Both the position numbers and the translations under genes were made by a program. Shown here one piece after another: positions 61,253 through 64,000 of a stretch of DNA of 64,000 nt. Location: NCBI GenBank assembly GCA_963700635.1, contig CAVOYH010000003.1, positions 672,001-736,000 of the forward strand, read 5' to 3'. The DNA is from an uncultured Bacteroidota bacterium (GTDB lineage: Bacteria; Bacteroidota; Ignavibacteria; UBA10030; UBA6906). Each line of letters begins with the position of its first letter. The first letter of the stretch is position 1. The notes below the pieces were generated by a model. The model was not told the DNA's origin and did no database searches. It saw only the letters and a list, made by a program, of their open reading frames with translations.

Positions 61253-62274
61253 ACGGCTACGAACGTATCACCGCTGCACTCCGTGGAGATTGGCCGGACA
61301 GGGTTCCCGTCATGCTGCACAATTTCCAGATGGCTGCGCATGAGAACGGACTTACCATGGAACACTACCGCCGTGATCCGCATGCACTCGCCGGTTCGTT
61401 TATTGCAGCGGTGGAACGGTATGGATATGATGGCGTCCTGGTCGATGTGGACACCGCAACTCTTGCCGGGGCCGCCGGTGCGCCCATCGATTTCCCGGTG
61501 TATGAACCCGCGCGCGTCCGGGGTGGTCGTATGCACACTCTGGGTGAGATCTCAACGCTCCGTGCGGTGGATCTGGGCACAGTGGAACGGGTACAGGTGT
61601 GGCTCGAAGGCTGCCGCCTCCTGAAAGAGCATTTCGGCGACGAGGTGTACCTCCGCGGGAATTGTGATCAATCCCCCTTCACGCTTGCAGCACTTCTTCG
61701 CGGTCTCGACGGCTGGATGACCGATCTGCTCGATCCCGAACGGTACGAAGACATCACCGGTCTCCTCGAGTACTGCACCGGGCTGACCACGCAGTTTCTT
61801 TCTCTGATGGCGCAGACCGGTGTGCATATGGTGTCCAATGGCGACAGCGCAGCCGGACCGGACCTGATTTCCCCCACGCTGTACCGCCGCTTTGCTTTGC
61901 CGTACCAACAACGTGTTGTGGCGGCGGCGCATGAACGAAACCTTCCGTATGTACTGCATATCTGCGGCGATACGGGACGTATCCTCGAGGATATGCTGGT
62001 AACCGGGGCAGACGGACTTGAACTTGACTACAAAACCGATCCGGTACGAGCCCACGAACTCCTGCGGCACCGCACCGCTTTCATCGGCAACATCGATCCC
62101 AGCGGCGTGCTTGCCCGGGGTACGCCCGGAGAAGTTGCCGCATCCGTTGATGCACTCCTTCAGATTTTTTCTGATACGCCTCGCTTCATTCTGAATGCGG
62201 GCTGCGCGCTGCCGCCGGAAACTCCCTCCGAGAATCTCCGCATGCTCATGACCACCGCACGGGAGTTCCGATGA
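61249..62274 (+). CDS. URO-D-family / MtaA-CmuA-like methyltransferase-fold protein
   Basis: ERITAALRG..PDRVPV, SPFTLA, GDS, ISP, LHICG, GNIDP, ILNAGC. Confidence 0.88.
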   Translation: MNGYERITAALRGDWPDRVPVMLHNFQMAAHENGLTMEHYRRDPHALAGSFIAAVERYGYDGVLVDVDTATLAGAAGAPIDFPVYEPARVRGGRMHTLGEISTLRAVDLGTVERVQVWLEGCRLLKEHFGDEVYLRGNCDQSPFTLAALLRGLDGWMTDLLDPERYEDITGLLEYCTGLTTQFLSLMAQTGVHMVSNGDSAAGPDLISPTLYRRFALPYQQRVVAAAHERNLPYVLHICGDTGRILEDMLVTGADGLELDYKTDPVRAHELLRHRTAFIGNIDPSGVLARGTPGEVAASVDALLQIFSDTPRFILNAGCALPPETPSENLRMLMTTAREFR

Positions 62275-63350
62275 CACGACACAACGCCGCGGCTCTGGAG
62301 CAGCTCGGATGGCAGCCGTTTTTTGAAGACCACTTCACCGGGTATGCAGAGGAAGGACTGGCACCGGCACGTGTGATCATCCGGCAGAAGAACCGTTATA
62401 CCCTCTCCGACGGTAAACAGGAATGGTCAGCCGAGATCGCAGGCCGGATTCATTTTACTGCCCGGACCTCCGGTGATTACCCGGCCGTGGGCGATTGGGT
62501 GGTTATCCGTCCGCGTCAGGAAAAAGACGGAGCAACCATTCTCGCCATCCTTCCCCGCAAATCTTCGTTTGTCCGGAAGATCCGGGGGATTCGGGAAGAG
62601 GAACAGGTGATTGCGGCAAATATTGACACCGTATTCCTCGTCAACGGATTTGACGCGGGTGTAAACATCCGCCGAATCGAACGCTACCTCGTGATTGTTG
62701 CAGAGAGCGGTGCCCGACCGGTGGTTGTGTTAAACAAGGCTGATCTCGACCCGGACGCGGAGGAAGTTGTGCGGGATGTTCGTAGTGCCATGCCATCCAT
62801 CCCCATTGTCGTAACCAGTGCCATAACAGGATCAGGTCTGGAATCCCTCCTTGACTACGTCGACGCCGGGCAAACCGCCGCATTACTCGGGCCGTCAGGC
62901 GTCGGGAAATCCACCATCGTCAACTCCCTGCTGGGCGAGGAGCGGTTTGCAACAGACGAGGTCCGCAGTGCTGACCGGAAAGGACGGCATACAACGAGCC
63001 ACCGTGAACTTGTCCGGCTCCCGGGAGGGGTCCTGGTTATTGACACCCCGGGAATGAGGGAACTGCAGTTGTGGGAGGGAGAGGAAGGAATCCAGGATAC
63101 GTTCGACGATATCGAGAAACTCTCCTCCGAGTGCAAGTTTCGCGACTGTAAACACACAGGTGAGCCGGGATGTGCAGTACAGGCGGCAGTCATTGAGGGA
63201 ACACTGGAACCGGACCGGCTTGCCAGCTTTGCAAAACTACAGCGGGAGGTTGCGTATCAGAAGCGCCGCACCGACAAGGCTGAACAGTTGCGGGAAAAGC
63301 AGCGTTGGAAGAAGTTAACGGCCCGGCACAAGCGCCGGTATAAGAATTAA
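62271..63350 (+). CDS. rsgA: Ribosome small subunit-dependent GTPase A
   Basis: AVGDWV, AANID, NKAD, GPSGVGKST, GRHTT, DTPG, CKFRDCKH..EPGC. Confidence 0.96.
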   Translation: MTRHNAAALEQLGWQPFFEDHFTGYAEEGLAPARVIIRQKNRYTLSDGKQEWSAEIAGRIHFTARTSGDYPAVGDWVVIRPRQEKDGATILAILPRKSSFVRKIRGIREEEQVIAANIDTVFLVNGFDAGVNIRRIERYLVIVAESGARPVVVLNKADLDPDAEEVVRDVRSAMPSIPIVVTSAITGSGLESLLDYVDAGQTAALLGPSGVGKSTIVNSLLGEERFATDEVRSADRKGRHTTSHRELVRLPGGVLVIDTPGMRELQLWEGEEGIQDTFDDIEKLSSECKFRDCKHTGEPGCAVQAAVIEGTLEPDRLASFAKLQREVAYQKRRTDKAEQLREKQRWKKLTARHKRRYKN

Positions 63351-63605
63351 CTCTCGCCTTGTTCGGGACCCGGAACGGCCGCGAACGATTGAGAACGGGG
63401 CAACCGCCTCAGTTGCCGGGCCGCGGAGGACGCGGGCGGGCAGAAGAAGAAGCCCCTTTAGAAAGGAAAACAGCGCATCCGCCGTAATCCCGATCAATCT
63501 GAATGGGAGAAGAAGAAGCCACACAATCGGATAGAGCACCAGCGCCAGCAGGGCCAGCGGCCAGCAGACGACCAGAAGGATGAGCCAGAGAAGAAATTTG
63601 GTCAT
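63315..63605 (-). CDS. Small hydrophobic membrane protein
   Basis: ATG 63605 with GGAG SD; MTKFLLWLILLVVCWPLALLALVLYPIVWLLLLPFR; C-terminal extent uncertain. Confidence 0.65.
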   Translation of the reverse strand: MTKFLLWLILLVVCWPLALLALVLYPIVWLLLLPFRLIGITADALFSFLKGLLLLPARVLRGPATEAVAPFSIVRGRSGSRTRRELILIPALVPGR

Positions 63606-63694
63606 AACACGTCTCCATATCGGTGCACGCATATTCACTGGGCCAGTTTTACCCGTGTGGTGAACCGGTGCCGCAGACGACAAGCGTCGTCAAC

Positions 63695-64000
63695 TTACAG
63701 ATAGTACAGATACTTCACTTTGGCAACCCCCACGCGAGCCGCGGTGCGCATCCGGCGCGCTGGGGTATCGGACAGTCCCGCCTCCACAACATTCCGGCGC
63801 TCCTGCACCTCATTAAACGCGAGGTAGATCCAGCTCTTCGGGAGGAAGTTATACGAAAACAAGACCCCCACGATCATTTGTTCCATCTGATCCGATGATC
63901 GCAGAAAGAGATTGTCCATGTACACCCGGAGGTTGAGGTTGTTTACCGGTGTGAAGGAAATGAACGGTCTTGCATTGTAGGTAATGTCCTCGACTCCTCC
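63695..64000 (-). CDS. C-terminal fragment of an outer-membrane beta-barrel protein (DUF5916-like), 5' part outside window
   Basis: Frame open from 64000 (GGVEDITYNARPFISFTPVNNLNLRVY...) ending LFSYNFLPKSWIYLAFNE...VAKVKYLYYL. Confidence 0.6.
   Translation of the reverse strand, partial: GGVEDITYNARPFISFTPVNNLNLRVYMDNLFLRSSDQMEQMIVGVLFSYNFLPKSWIYLAFNEVQERRNVVEAGLSDTPARRMRTAARVGVAKVKYLYYL

Overview
A gene-dense, GC-rich bacterial chromosomal window. The gene set (miaB-SPOR-sigma54 activator-lptE cluster, YfhO proteins, BMC shell genes, beta-barrel proteins) and E. coli-type TTGAC(A/T)-N17-TATATT promoters suggest an Ignavibacteria-like member of the Bacteroidota/Chlorobi group (inference). 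It contains housekeeping genes (mdh, rpmA, rplU, rsmA, pdxJ, etfAB, rpsT, miaB, pta, anmK, nfo, rsgA), a ~19.5 kb surface-glycan operon (11435-30920), a two-gene satellite microcompartment shell locus, a Zn/Mn ABC importer with an outer-membrane channel, and a sugar ABC transporter broken by homopolymer frameshifts that look like sequencing errors. No rRNA, tRNA, CRISPR array or IS element was seen. The standout is a minus-strand three-gene module (35007-39374). It encodes a divergent ECF-like sigma factor, a soluble zinc-binding (ZAS) anti-sigma protein with an internal LAA motif, and a single-pass membrane protein with a cytoplasmic AAA-less Lon (Ser-Lys) protease domain and an extracytoplasmic FG-GAP repeat domain. 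This is a candidate receptor-protease/anti-sigma/sigma signalling cascade, analogous to CRISPR CalpL-CalpT-CalpS but with no CRISPR context in this window. All family calls come from motif recognition by eye; no searches were run.
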